The translations under genes were made by a program, and so were the position numbers. The notes under the pieces are model-generated. The model had not been told where the DNA came from and did no database searches. It saw only the letters and a program-made list of their open reading frames with translations. This document shows, piece by piece, positions 1 through 12,694 of a stretch of DNA of 64,000 nucleotides (positions within the stretch are counted from its first letter, which is position 1; each line of letters starts with the position of its first letter). Location: the NCBI RefSeq assembly GCF_963921235.1, contig NC_086097.1, forward strand, positions 225,124,001 to 225,188,000, given 5' to 3'. This DNA comes from Mobula hypostoma. Lineage: Eukaryota.

Positions 1-55
1 GGTTGAACTCCATCTGCCACTTCTCAGCCCAGTTCTGCATCCTATTGATGTCGTG
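1..55 (-). mobile_element. CR1 LINE reverse-transcriptase fragment cut by the window edge
   Basis: Reverse complement encodes DINRMQNWAEKWQMEFN, matching DIDRMQEWAEKWQMEFN in ORF 34443-35708. Confidence 0.85.
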
Positions 56-84
56 CCTTAACCATGTCACAAATCATGATTATG

Positions 85-270
85 CGACCACTGACACCAG
101 GCAGACAACCTCTGAAGAGTATGGATAATGTCTGGGATCACCTGTCTTGTAAAGATACTGCCCAGAAGAAGGTAATGGCAAACCACTTCCATAGAAAAAT
201 TTGCCAAGAACTATCAGGGTCATGGAAAGACCATGATTACGCTCGCCAAAGGACACAGCACACAATGCTG
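85..270 (+). mobile_element. 3' part of an RTE-associated short non-autonomous element
   Basis: Aligns by eye to 26768-26950 (GACCACTGACACCA...CTGCCCAGAAGAAGG.ATGGCAAACCACTTC...AAAAATTTGCCAAGAAC). The motif resembles the BovB/BovA GAAGGAAATGGCAACCCACTCC segment. Confidence 0.7.
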
Positions 271-673
271 TAACCTGATTCACTGTTCTTCCCAAATGCA
301 GTTCATGTATCACTCCTCAAGCAGACTCAACTCTCATCAACACCTTTACACATCATTCCCTCCTTGTTTCTTCATCTAACACAGTTTACTTATCACAGTT
401 AAAAGCTCTTCTACTTAGATGTATTGCTGGCACGACGATGACTTGTTTCCATCAGTTCAGTGGGTTCAGGACAGATGATGATCTCAACATGAGACCTGTT
501 ACTTATTGAGTAGGAAGTGTCTGATGGGAGGGTAACTGGGTCGTTTGGGAGATGATATTTATATTCTGCCATTTATACTGGGCACAAAGCTCATAGGCTT
601 TGGTCATGCATCAGAGACATAGATTATAGCCACCTCAAGTACTGGAGAGATACCCAAAATACTGTCTCCACAA

Positions 674-804
674 GGCCATTTAGAATGGAGTTGAGGAAAA
701 ACTTTTTCACCCAGAGAGTTGTTGCTCTGTGGAATGCTCTGCCTCAGAAGGCAGTGGAGGCCAATTCTCTGGATGTTTTCAAGAAAGAGTTAGATAGAGA
801 CAAG
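674..804 (+). mobile_element. Internal CR1 ORF2 fragment flanked by a 15-bp direct repeat
   Basis: Encodes ELRKNFFTQRVVALWNALPQKAVEA and is very similar to 40305-40430. ATACTGTCTCCACAA occurs at 659-673 and 805-819. Confidence 0.85.
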
Positions 805-1609
805 ATACTGTCTCCACAAAATCCTCTAAATCACCAGGCAGGAGAAGAAGTTCTCTTCCAAGCCAATATCCTCCATATTTAGGACCTTATTGCAGTCATT
901 TGGCTCCAGTGGGAAGGACCTATTAGCGCCAGATCTGCAGACGCTATTCTGATCTCCTTCGTAACAGAACGTCAAAGGGAAAAAAAAATCAAGGATGTGC
1001 TCAAAATTTTATTGAAATGCTGTAACATACCCAACCGCCTTTAGGAATTTCTGTCCCATGCCTGCTCGAAGTGGAAAAGGAGCTGTCGGTTTGGCATTGA
1101 GAACAATTTACAAAGAGCATTGCAAAACTCCAAGCTATCCTTTTGACTTACCCTGGCAAGTACCCTCTGCATGGCTGCAGCAGAGTCTAATCACCTCAGA
1201 ACCCAGTGAACTGGATTGGAAGCCAGTCATCCTCGACCCTGAGGGAAGCTTGAGATAGAAGACAAAGAAAGAAACGTGCCATCAGAGTATAAAAAATAGA
1301 TTAGGTCGGGAGTTTGAATGCTTGATCAAGGGTTTCTAAAAGGAGGCTAAAGATGAGAAGCAGCAAAGAAGTTTCCTTTAAACAGCGACCCTGCTATTAT
1401 AAGAATATTGAATAATTTCCTGGGATGCACCTTCTTGCATGTCTATCTGCAATGCACTTTCTCTGGAAGCTGTTACACTTTATTCTGCACCAGTTATTGT
1501 TTCACCTCACCGCACTGTGTACTGACTTAATCTGTATGAGTGGTATGCAAGACAAGCTTTTCAGTCTGTTGTACTGAGGTGTGTGTGACGATGATAATCT
1601 AATAGTTTA

Positions 1610-1875
1610 TTTTTTTATTTATTGACATACAGCGTGGAACAGGCCTTTCCAAGCCCTTTGAGCTGCACCACCCAGCAATCCCCCACTTTAACCCTGGCCT
1701 TATCACAGGACAATTTACAACGACCAATTAACCGGTCTTTGGCGTGTGGGAGGAAACCGGAGCACCTGGAGGAAACCCATGCACTGACGGGGAGAACGTA
1801 CAAACTCCTTACAGGCAGCAGTGGGATTTGAAACCCGATCACTGGCACTGTAAAGCGTTGCACTAACCATTACTG
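1610..1875 (-). mobile_element. HE1/V-SINE-like tRNA-derived SINE with CR1-type tail
   Basis: Minus-strand tRNA-like head (TGGTTAG, GGTTTCAAATCC), core GGAGTTTGTACGTTCTCCCCGT and TGCTCCGGTTTCCTCCCAC, A-rich tail. Confidence 0.85.
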
Positions 1876-2235
1876 GTTCAAAAGTTCAAAGTAAAGTTAT
1901 TGTCGGTGTACCTGTGTATCCTCTATGCAGCTTTGAGAAATACAATAGAATCCAGAAAAAAAAGCACACATAACAAAGACCGACGGGCATCCACCGTGCA
2001 AAAGAGAACAAATCATGCACATATAATAAAAATGTAAACAAATAATACGCAGAACATGAGCCTCTGAGTACCCAAAACTGGGTCCACAGGCTGCAGTCAG
2101 TTCAGCACTGAGGAAAGTGAAGCTGGTCCAGGAACTTAATGGCTACAAAGCAATAACTGCTCCCAAACCTGGCAGCGTGGGACCCCAGACTCCTTCGACT
2201 CCCGCCCAATGATAGTAGTGAGAAGAGAGGGGCAC
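1876..2235 (-). mobile_element. Rex1/Babar LINE 3' fragment
   Basis: Minus strand encodes PLFSLLSLGGSRRSLGSHAARFGSS, similar to the Rex1 LFSLLPSGRRYRSL motif, and ends in a TTTGAAC repeat tail. Confidence 0.7.
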
Positions 2236-2959
2236 AGGTCAAATGCAGGCTAAAGATGAGGGCTGAATTGGGGTATCTTGGCTGGCACGGAGTAGTTGGG
2301 CTGAAAACCAGTTCATTTTCTGCTCGCGGGGCCTTGATGCTTTAATCTAGCTTGGGGTCTGCTCCAGCCCTCTCTTCTGGCAACGGTGAAGGCGGACCTT
2401 TGCCTGCTTCGTACTTGCATTCTTGACAGTCAAGTTTGCAGAGTCCTTCAAGAAATCGTAAAATCACTAGTTTGATTAGATGGTTCAAAAGTGCATTTCT
2501 TACACCTGGGAGAATATCTGGTAGTTTTGTGAGCTGCCTGTAAAACCTCACTGTATATCATCAGCACCATCGACAACATCTGGTGATGTTGCAATGATGG
2601 AAATAGGCCCAGAATTGTGGCATAAGAGTGGCATAATGACAGAGCACAGAGATATTAAGAAGTGGGGGGGGGGGGCGCGGAGGAACAGGAAGTTACAGAA
2701 TTAAAGATGGTAAGGCAATGGAAATATTTGAATACAAAAACCAGAATTTAAGTTTCAGACTTTGCTAACTTGTGATTGATCAAAATAGATTTAATTGACT
2801 ATCTTTCTTATGTTTGTATCCACAACAGGGGTTCACAACCTTTCTTTATGCCATGGACCCCTACCATTAACCGACAGGTCTGTGGATCACAGGTTGGGAA
2901 CCCCTGATAAAATTGCCCACTCACCTCAGCCAAGGCATTAACAGTCCCCGAAAATGGCA

Positions 2960-3560
2960 TCACAATGAGACAGGGTGGTGAAGAAGGTGATGGCATGCTC
3001 GTCTTTCATCAGTGAGTGTAGGAGCTTGGGTGTTTTAACCTTTAGTTGTCCAAGATGGGGGATGCACCTGGAGTATAGTCTACAGTTTGGCAACCTTGTT
3101 ACAGGCAAGACACTATTGAACTGATAAGAATGCAAAGGAGATACCCTACATGAGAATGGTGCCAAGACTTGAGGGCTTTAGCTACAGGGGAATGTTGGTC
3201 AAGCAACAATTTTATTTCTTAGAGCATAGGAGACTGAGTGGTGACCTTGTAGAGATGTATAAAATAACAAGGCATAAACACACACAGTCTTTTACCCAGG
3301 GAAAGGGCATAGATTTAAGGTGAGAGGGGAAAGATTTAAAAGAGACCTGAGAGGCAACTTCTTCACACGGAGGATGGTGCACACACTGAATGAGCTGACA
3401 GATGAAGTGTCCGAGGTGGGTACAACAACAACACTTAAAAGACAGGTACATAGGTTGGAAAGGTTTTGCGGGATTTTGGCCAAATGCAATTGTTGAGCTT
3501 AGACAGCTTAGTTGATGTGCAGGAGTTGGGCTGAAGCACTTGCTTCCATGCTGTATGACA
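2960..3560 (+). mobile_element. Degraded CR1 LINE 3' fragment
   Basis: Remnants of VVKK..GML.FI, HLEYSLQF and RGNFFT, plus a CR1-type 3' UTR. Confidence 0.8.
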
Positions 3561-3714
3561 CTATGATCCTAACTCCACAACATGATACATGCTGCTGAGT
3601 GTAGGCTGGTTGTCACCGAAATCCATGGTAATTTGTAAATATATCCAATGCACCTGAGGTAAACTTATCCTAACAGCTTGGAATGCATTGACTGAGAAGA
3701 TAAAAGGGAGGAAA

Positions 3715-3815
3715 ATAAACACAGGCGATTTGGCAGATACTGGCAATTCGGGGTCACACACAAAATGCTGGAGGAACTCAGCAGGTCACTCTCGGGCCAA
3801 GGCCCTTCATCACAA
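3715..3815 (-). mobile_element. Penelope-like pLTR fragment
   Basis: GCAGATACTGG...ACACAAAATGCTGGAGGAACTCAGCAGGTCA...CCCTTCATC, same family as 9200, 11245, 27227 and 55505. Confidence 0.7.
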
Positions 3816-6105
3816 GTCAGTTGTAAACAGGAAATTAAGTAATACTTTTGTAATGTACAATTTATAAAATGTGGAAAGATTATGGGAAAAAACTGGAAAG
3901 GTAGGATTAATTGGATATGTCTTCAGTCACAGAAATTGCCAGTGATGCCATTGTTCCACTGATTAAGCATCGGGAAAATCAGGTCTGTTTGACAACACTG
4001 TCCCTTCAATGCATCCATTGTGGAAAGAACACTCATCCTAAACCTACCAGATGGGTGATTCTTGAAAATCCTGTCATGCAGACTGGAGTCTTCCAGTAGT
4101 TCTTATATGATTGTTCAGTGTAGGTTGTGAGCTAATTTTATCAAAAGCTTTTGGACTTTTATGCTCTACTAATTTCAATTTGAAAAGAAACAATGTTTTT
4201 AATAATATGCTTCAAAATACTTAATTGCAAAAACAATTTATGAGTTTTCTGAATTTTGACTTCATATGTCATTAGCTGTTGAAAAATCAAGTCCTTTGTT
4301 TGATAATACTCTCAATAAGTATATTTCCTCAAGGTTTACCTTAAAGGCAGTAGAAATATTAGAGGTATAAATAATGATATATTGAGTTAAATTGAGTTAA
4401 ACTGAACTTTGAAAGGAAGAAAACATTTTCTTGAAAGCTGTATTACTTTTGACTTCTGATGCAGTTAATAAAAATCTAATTCAAAATTCCTATTTTCTAT
4501 TGTTGCACATTTACGTCAATAGTAAGTGTTGAAACGGGAAGAACAGTCAGAACATCAATGCGACACATTATTGAACATTAGATGACAAATTCCTCGGTAA
4601 CAGCCTTTGGAACATTCATTTGTATTCGTTACAACTGTCACATTTTACAATAGACACAACATTTCCCATTTTGATGTAGCAAAAAAAAATCAGACAATCT
4701 GTTTGAAATATGTGAATCCATTTAAAAAAATGACAGACTCTGCTTCAGTGTTCTCAGCACTGTTTCAGTTTAATATTAAGAATCTTTTCTGCATGACTGC
4801 CAGGGTAGAACTTGAATTAATCATTGAAGATAAAATGTACGTATTTGAGTTTTTGAAAAAGAAAAGGCATTGCACATGGCACATTTGCTTCTTATGGTGC
4901 CTTCCTGAGGCTTTTTTGACACCTTAGCGGTAAATTTTGGCATAGTTTTGAGTGCAGTAGTGTCAAGTGGCTGCTTGTGGGCTCAACACTATTTCTGATC
5001 ATTGTACCTGCAGTGGAGACACAAGGATAAGTTGTAATGCCGTGGGAAGTTAGTAGAAACTGCGACTTCGTGCACAGCTCTTTCAAAAAAAAAATCACCA
5101 TTGCAACCTTGTATTTTCTATGAAGCCACTTTGCCGACCCATTTATACTTAAGTACAAAGAGAATATAATCTGCATTTTTTAAAATCATCATGTAAATAC
5201 ACATCAAGTGAGTGATTGACATGTAAATGGTTATGTCCACGGACACAATAGTCTTGTCAGAATAGAACGAAGAACAATTTGCAGGTAGGTGTACAAATCG
5301 CAAAGGCTACTGTTGCTAATAGCTTTAAAATATATGGTATACCTGAGAAGTCTGCTCTCTAATCAAATAGTAAAACATTACAATAATTTGGGGTTTTTTA
5401 AAGAAAACTAAAACTTGTAGCGAATGTCTATAAATCCACTGGAGTCTGTTCGTAAGAACATAGCTTCATTTGCTTGGACCTAACCTGTCAGTTTTAGTTC
5501 AGAGCTAATAGCTGGCAAAGTTTAGTGATAAGCTTTGTAGCTGTTCCTTATTAGTGAGAATCCAGCACTGAAACTATGGGCCACTAATTGATCTTGGCTA
5601 GAAGTGCTGGGCAGCAGTCTTGCAATGGGTGTTTTTTCTTTTATTCTTTTACCTATTGATCTTGATTTGGAATTCAATAAAATTTTGTTTCTTTTTCATA
5701 CATTACTCTGAACAACAATTTTCCCCCCAGTAATTAAAAAAAAAATTTTGTTACGAAAGAGACATGTTTAACAAATGAGATTCCTTAATAGGGTCTGGCA
5801 AGGATTCTCTATTATTAAATAACAGTAGCTGTAGTACTGATTTTCTGCCTTTAGATGTTGTCATTGGGCTTTGTAAATACAAGACTGCATCAGGGTGCCA
5901 TAAGTCAGAATTACAAAAAAAACTACTTTCATCTTTGTATTATGGAATTGATAAGCTTATATACATAACATTAAACACTATTGTATCTTTTATCAGTGCT
6001 TGTTTCAGTAGTTTAGCTCTTTACTTTGTAATTCATTGTCAACATAGAGGTAAAAATTTCATAGGCTAGGTGTATCATTTCTTCGGTGACTCAGTATGGA
6101 GTATA

Positions 6106-6523
6106 CGCACAGTGTCCAGTTTATTAGGTACACCTGTATATCTGCTCATTAATACAAGTATCTATTCAGCCAATCATGCAGCAGCAACTCAATGCATAAA
6201 AGCATGCAGACATGGTCAAGGGTTGTTGATCAAATCAAACATCAAAATGGGGAAGAAACATAATCTAACTATGACCGTGGAATGATTGCTGGTGCCAGAT
6301 GGGGTAGTTTGAGTAGATCAGAAACTGCTGATTCCTTGGCATTTTCATGCACAACAGTGTCTAGGGTCTATAGAGAATGGTGTGATAAACAAAAAAAAAC
6401 ATCTAGTGGGCTGCAATTCTTCAGGTGAAAATGCCTTGATAATGAGAGAGGTCAGAGGAGAATGGCCAGACAGATTCTAGTTGACAGGTGAAAGTAATTC
6501 AAATAACCACATGTTACTACAGT
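6106..6523 (+). mobile_element. Tc1-like transposon: 5' TIR plus degraded N-terminal DNA-binding region, 3' part missing
   Basis: TA followed by CGCACAGTGTCCAGTTTATTAGGTACA. Remnants MGKK..RGMIAGAR..SETADSLAFSCTTVSRVYREW..ERGQRRMAR. Homologous to 16816-17320. Confidence 0.85.
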
Positions 6524-6732
6524 AAAATTTCAAGTTTCAAGTTTAATTTTATTTCAACCATACATGAACATAGCCAAACAAAACAATGCTTTTCCAAGGC
6601 CAAGGTGCATAACACATTACCAGCAGCACACAGCACACTGCACATAGCTCATAGTACAAATAACAGGTATTGTTACAATTTCAGAAAAATATATGCTCAT
6701 AAAGAGAAAAAAATTAATAATAATATAGCCCA

Positions 6733-6944
6733 GCAACATACATCAAAGTTGCTGGTGAACGCAGCAGGCCAAGCAGCATCTATAGGAAGAGGTGCAGTTG
6801 ACATTTCAGGCCGAGACCCTTCGGCCTGAAATGTCGATTGCACCTCTTCCTATAGATGCTGCTTGGCCTGCTGTATTCACCAGCAACTTTGATGTATGTT
6901 GCTTGAATTTCCAGCATCTGCAGAATTCCTGTTGTTTGCATTTA
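6733..6944. mobile_element. Fold-back Penelope pLTR derivative with 14-bp TSD
   Basis: 83-bp arms at 6732-6814 and 6821-6903 with 4 mismatches and a 6-nt loop. AATAATATAGCCCA at 6719-6732 and 6945-6958. Confidence 0.9.
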
Positions 6945-7001
6945 AATAATATAGCCCAAGTCACTGAGTTGTCATGGTCCAGCTTGTTCTTCCACTGAGT
7001 G

Positions 7002-7018
7002 AACACCAGAGGGCAGCA
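7002..7018 (+). promoter_or_regulatory. CTCF-like motif inside a TE
   Basis: AACACCAGAGGGCAGCA versus consensus CCASYAGRKGGCRS. Motif match only. Confidence 0.4.
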
Positions 7019-7399
7019 CCAACAGGAAGAATCAGTCCCCAACACAGTATGAAATCCAATGGAACAAAGCCAGCTCTGGCGTCTCCTTCATCTTCGACCA
7101 CCACAGGCGACTCCAAGACTTGAGGGCCTTGACCACGCGACATATCAGCCAATGAACTGGTGAACTGGACTTGCAGTATTTTATGTTACCAATGTCCAAC
7201 AGGGCCTTGCGATCACACTAAAAACACCCAAGACAATCACTCACACCTTTTTTTGGACCATGCACCATCTTGGCACAATGGTACGCAAATAGTCCGATAA
7301 GTTCAGGATGACCTGTGGCTAATCAGCCAACTAACCAACTTTTCTATCAATTACTCATCAGTAGTCAATAGTCAATAGAGAATGGAGGGGTAGAAGAAA

Positions 7400-8410
7400 A
7401 CCGAGCTTTTTTCATCTTTGAAAGCTGTTACTAGTAGCCCTCAATTACATACCATTTATTTTAATGAGGGGGGCAGAATGTAAGGTATTCAAATTTGGAA
7501 ATGAAACAAAATTAGTTGGAACAGCATGTTGTGATGAGGATAGTGTAACTCCCTAACAGGGTATAGGTAGTCTAAGTGGGTGGACTTTAATGTGGGGCTA
7601 TGTGAAGTCATGTACTTTGGTAAGAGGAACCAAAAGGCAGATTATTAACTAAATGCAAGGAGAATGCAAATGAGTAAACTGCAGAGAATTCTAGGTGTTC
7701 TTATTACAAAAAAAGTTAGCGGATCATTGCAGCTAGTTAAAAGGGCAAATGACATATTGGCCTTAACTGAATAAAGGTTGGAGCTCAAAAACAGGAAAGT
7801 TTTGTAAGAATTTTAATGGATGTTGAAGAGGCCTAGCCTGGAGCTCTACACACAGTTAAGGTCTCCTTAACCATGGAAGGATTGAAGGTGGTCCAATAGG
7901 CATTTACCCAGCTAATTCCTGGGATAAGAGGATTATTCTATCAAGATAGACTAAATAAATTGGATCTGTATTCTTTAGTGTTTAAAAGAATAAGGGGTAA
8001 TCTTATTGAAACACATAAAATCCTAAAAGGGGCTTGACAGGGTAGATATCAATATGTTTCTATTAGTGGGAGAGTCTTGAAAGAAGAGACATAGGTTCAA
8101 GCAACAAACAATCTGCTGGAGGAAATTGGTAGACCTCCACCTGTGGGTGGAAAGGAATTGTCAAGATAAGGAAGCAGTCATTTTAAAATGGGATATACAC
8201 AAATTTCCTTTTGCAGGTAGTGAATCTCTTGACGTCTCCACTCTAGAGAAACGTGAATAGAATATCTTTAGAAGAATTTAAAGTGGAAGTAGATACATTT
8301 TTGAAAGATCAGGGGACCAGGCATAGAGGAGAAGTGGAGGCCAGCAAAAATCAGCTACTATCATATTGAATGGCAGGGAAAGCTTGTGGGATCTGTTATT
8401 TCTATTCCCT
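7400..8410 (+). mobile_element. Old degraded CR1 RT/3' region with a small pLTR fragment at about 8098-8165
   Basis: KFGNETKLVG (decayed KFADDTKLGG), remnants of RIRGNLIETHKIL, CR1 3' UTR ATCAGCTACTATCATATTGAATGGCAG. Confidence 0.75.
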
Positions 8411-8454
8411 CGTGTTCTTTCATTTTCCTGTAGTGGCTACACAAGGCTACTGAT

Positions 8455-9096
8455 TTACATTGGCCTTCATTGCTAGAGGGATTCAAGAGAAGGGAAGTCA
8501 TGCTGCAACTATACAGGGTACTGGTGAGGCTGCACCTGGAGTACTGTGTTGCAGTTCTGGTCTCCTTACTTGAGGAAGGATATATGGGCTTTGGAGGCAG
8601 TGCAGAGGAGGTTCATCAGGTTGATTCCAGGGATGAAGCTGTTAACCTATGAGGAGAGATTGAGTTGCCTGGTACTATACTGTCTGGAGTTCAAATGAAT
8701 GAGAGGGGATCTTATGGAAACATACAGAATTTTGGAAGGGATAGATAAAATAGAAGTAGGAAAGTTGTTTCCATTGGTAGGTGAGACTAGAACTAAGGGA
8801 CATTGCCTCAAGATCCAGGGGAGAAGATTTAGGACAGAGATGAGGAGAAATTGTTTTTCCCAGAGAGTGGTGAATCTGTGGAATTCTCTGCCCAGGGAAG
8901 CAGTTGAGGCTCCTTCACTAAATATATTTAACAAACAGTTAGATAGGTTTTTACATAGTAAGGGAGTTAAGGGTTATGGGGAAAAGGCAGGTAGATGGAG
9001 CTGAGTTTACAGACAGATCAGCCATGATCTTATTGAATGGCGGGGCAGGCTTGATGGGCTGGATGGCCTTCTCCTGCTCCTATTTCTTATGTTCTT
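8455..9096 (+). mobile_element. 5'-truncated CR1 (HER1-like) LINE
   Basis: ORF pieces QLYRVLVRLHLEYC and MRGDLMETYRIL...RRNCFSQRVVNLWNSLP. Tail CTCCTATTTCTTATGTTCTTA. Confidence 0.92.
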
Positions 9097-9199
9097 AAAA
9101 GAGCATTGGTTTTGTTGGAAGATTGCATCATTCAACTTTGGGCTAAGAAGTCCCAGCTTTGGATGCCATCTTCTCAATGTGAGCAGCAGTCGGCTGGAC

Positions 9200-9295
9200 A
9201 ACAGTCCTGATGAAACGTCTCGACCCGAATCCTCAGCTGTTTATTTCCCTCTATTGATGCTGCCTGACTTGCTGAGTTCCTCCAGGACTTTGTTT
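9200..9295 (+). mobile_element. Penelope-like pLTR fragment with degenerate hammerhead core
   Basis: ACAGTC-CTGATGA(9207-9213)...GAAT...CTGT followed by GATGCTGCCTGACTTGCTGAGTTCCTCCAG. Confidence 0.75.
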
Positions 9296-10099
9296 AGAGC
9301 AGCAGTGGTAGTCTGGGCTTCCCAGCAGCTCAGAATAGGAGTACCAGTCAAGTGGCATGCAGAGTGGCGGGATCATACGATGACATCCTGAAAGGGATAA
9401 AAGGACTTACCATCACTCAGGGTCTTCAGCAGCCCCAGCAACTATTTGGAGAAGAGTGTACAGGAATGCTGTGTTACTGCACACAACCCTTTGAACTGTG
9501 TCACCCACTGCGATGATGACAGTTACCTGATCTGCCATGTCCCGTTAAGCAGCATTCAAAGCTGGGATATTGATTGGCTGAGGCCGTGTGATGCTTTCAA
9601 TTACACATCCTCAGAGCCTTCCACCATTTCCATATTGAGTAAGATGGGGGTTTCAGCCTCTGTGGAAATCACCCAATGATACTGCTGTACTAAGTATTTC
9701 ATTGTGTGTTTCCAACAACTCTTCCCATCAAAGTTCTCTTCTGAGTTCTCTGCAGTGGAATATATGAGCACTACCAACCCTTGGAGATTAGGAACCTGTG
9801 CTACCTATGTCCCAGGCCTGACTGAAGGCTGGAGATTCACCATAAGCAGGTCCTGAAGCATCTTTGTGTTTGTTACAAGAGAGCGGTGGATTGAGTACCC
9901 GTGCATCTTCATCCTCATTCACTTTTCACACATCTGCCCACACCTGGCCAGCTGCTGTCATTGGGTATCTGAATGGAGAAAGCTGCAAGGGTAAGGTTTA
10001 ATGGGGAGATTGGGGCAAAGAAGGAAAGAAATGTTTAACTTTGCTGTAACCTTGTAAGCCATCAGCAATTGTGGGAAAGCAGAAGGTGAAACCTCCAAG

Positions 10100-10498
10100 A
10101 GGACCACAGCTTGTCGCTGGATCAATGACCTGGAGAGCTATGTTGTCTGAGGTCAGGGCTTTATGCTTTGGCTCTTGGTAGGGTTACCCATGCCAGACAG
10201 ATCAAAGGGTAGAGGCAAGACTAAGAGTGGCCCACTGGTCCTCCAGGTTCAGGGATTCAGCTCAGGGCTAAGAACTCTGACTAGTAAAACAAAATAGTTA
10301 CGGAAACAGCAATGAAGAATCCTTCTATATCTAAGTGTGATGGCATTCCTAAGTCTCCACTCCAGCCTTGTATGACTGACAGTAGTGAAAATCGAGAGGA
10401 AGCTACTGACACAATGAAGGAAGCCCTGAACACCACCAGAGATGGAGGACCTTCAAGGCTGCCCTAAACGCCAGCAGTGTAACAGGCAGTACGTAAGA
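10100..10498 (+). mobile_element. Bipartite RTE-derived non-autonomous element (5' UTR joined to 3' end)
   Basis: CAATGACC..GAGCTATGTTGTC..GGTAGGGTTACCCATG and GGGCTAAGAACTCTGACTAGTAAAA resemble fish RTE/Expander 5' UTRs. Ends GCTGCCCTAAACGCCAGC...CAGTACGTAAG. No RT region. Confidence 0.6.
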
Positions 10499-11191
10499 AA
10501 GGGAAAGGTGGGATAGGGTATTGTCAATGACATCTGTGCCATGATACATTGCCCTGATATATGGTCTACACTAGTTTGCTGAGCCATTGCACAGATTGCT
10601 GACCACTGCTCACCTGTTCATATTGCTGGCTATTGTGCACAATCTTATTCTGCAGAAAAGTGGTAAATTTCTCAATGTGTATTGGAATGGAAGTGGGTGA
10701 AGAGCCCATGCCTTAACTGCTGTGAATGTATGGAAGCAACAGACTTTGGGTTTCAGTGCCAACCAAGTGTGCAAGCAGCGTTGAATAACACGACTGATGG
10801 AAGTGTGCAGTCCAGTGCAATGTGTGAGTCTTATTGTGTTAATGTATGGAGTTACTGTTTGTTCATCCCAGTGAAAAAGAACAGCTTGTGAACAGATCTT
10901 GGTTGTCTAGGGTCGCAAGCGGCCTCACGGTTTAATAAAAGGTCGCAGGAGCAGCACAGACTGATGGGTCAAACTGGCTCCACCACAGTCCTCAAGATGT
11001 ATATAATTACAATTAAACACAAACTCAGAAGGTAACTCTCCAAACTATCAGGAAAAATACATAAAAACTACTTCTTCATTCAAAACACTGGCTGATCTCA
11101 GAGGGCAAACACTTCACACTTCACGATGACAGAAAACTGGACATTTCTCCTCCCTACCTACACTCAAAAGCCACCGTCTTTCACAGCCCCA

Positions 11192-11350
11192 CCAGAAACA
11201 AGCTGCTGGAGAAACTCTGTAGGTCAAGTGGCTTCTGTGACCTTTCAGTCCCGATAAAGGGTTTCAGCCTGAAACGTCAACTCTTCATTCCCCTCCATGG
11301 ATGGTGCCTGACTTGCTGAGTTCCTCCAGCATTTTGTGTGTATTGCGCAG
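11192..11350. mobile_element. Older fold-back Penelope pLTR derivative
   Basis: TGCTGGAGAAACTCTGTAGGTCA is inverse to TGACTTGCTGAGTTCCTCCAGCA. A hammerhead-like GAAACGTC lies between them at 11271-11278. Confidence 0.7.
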
Positions 11351-12694
11351 GAAAAGTCTCTGTTTTGGGTTGAAGCCCTGATGCAGTTTTATTGGGAACC
11401 TGTTGGATATTACCCTCCCTCTCATAAGAGCAAGGTTTTGGATGAATGCTGTGAAAGAAATCATTATTCAAAGCATCCTGTCCAGGCTCTCTAAAAAATT
11501 ACTTTGAAACTGCAGTTAGTGTCGGAGGAGATTTGTATACACCTGTACTCTATGTGCTGTCTTATGTGGTATCAATTCACCCATGTCTTAAAATACAGTG
11601 CATACCACTGTCTTATATACCAGCAGATTTTTAACTATCCATTTTATAGTGATAGAACTGCACCCACCAATCCTTATTCAAAAATTGAATGTGGGTTTGG
11701 ATTTGCACTCAGGCCAGAATGGATCCAAATGGATACCTGGTCTCAAGGTCAGTCTGGTCATTATTTGGGTGTGACAAGATGGGCTCTGAAATCCTGGGCT
11801 GATATTTTCTGCTGGAATCTCTGGATCTGGGCTGAACGTTGAGCTAATACTGAATTGTCTCCAAGGATCTCATCTTGAAAGGTGAGCTGCGTGTCTGATG
11901 TGCACTGAACCCTGAGACCAACACTGCATAAGCCCTAAGCCCTAAGCCCAACCTCAGGTGGGAACTTGATTTAACCCTGGTGGGTGGTGGTTTGCGAAAC
12001 CCAACATCAGGTAAGTGACGAGCCCAAATGGGTGAGGCCTGATACTGAGACTGGGTAGGCACCAAGCTCAGTATTGGGGAATAGACAGACAGTGGTGAGT
12101 GACAGGTCTATAGAGTCTATTGTGTCCTTCCAATAACCATGTGGTGCAAGATCTCAGGGAATATTGATCATCATCCTTTCTTTCAAAGATATATTGCAGA
12201 CCTGAACATTCCTGGTATCATATTCATGGCTTTTATTGACTTTAAGGGGAACTTGGAATCCTGCATCAATATCACATGGGGCAACCAACTTTTCTTCCTG
12301 ATATAAGAAGTTCTGGACTATATGGAGTAGGTGACAGCTCTACTGTATTGGGACTACTGTAGATGTGTTCTTGTCTCTCTTGATTTCAAGTTGTTCTTCC
12401 AGCATTGTATCAGAGTCCTAAGTGCAACAATTTCAGTATTGCCATGAGACCATCTTCTGTCAATAGAGTTTCATTATGAAGCTAGAAGTCTATCTCGGCC
12501 TTTTGGGCATGGAGGAATTCTTTCCCCTCTCCATCCAGAAATACAGCATACGTTCACTCATCCCTGGTCTGCAGTAGCTGACTTTCCCAAAGCTGATTAA
12601 GAGACAATGAACTGTAAATAAGTTGAGTCGGTTCATCGAAATGAATATCCCCACATTGGCAATACTGTACCAGACAGGACTTTAGCTCTTGCTA

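Larger units (their letters stand above)
6525..7275 (-). mobile_element. Non-autonomous Rex1-tailed element hosting the pLTR hairpin insertion
   Basis: AAACTTG-repeat tail at about 6525-6545 and CAAGATGG start near 7270 on the minus strand. Family not named. Confidence 0.45.

Noticed and set aside
9300..10070. GC-richer unique-looking stretches (also 12120-12600, 53560-54000 and 63130-63480)
   Set aside because: Probably highly decayed repeats. I could not assign a family or a reading frame.
11929..11950. (TAAGCCC)3 as an interstitial telomere
   Set aside because: 7-bp unit with three copies, not TTAGGG.
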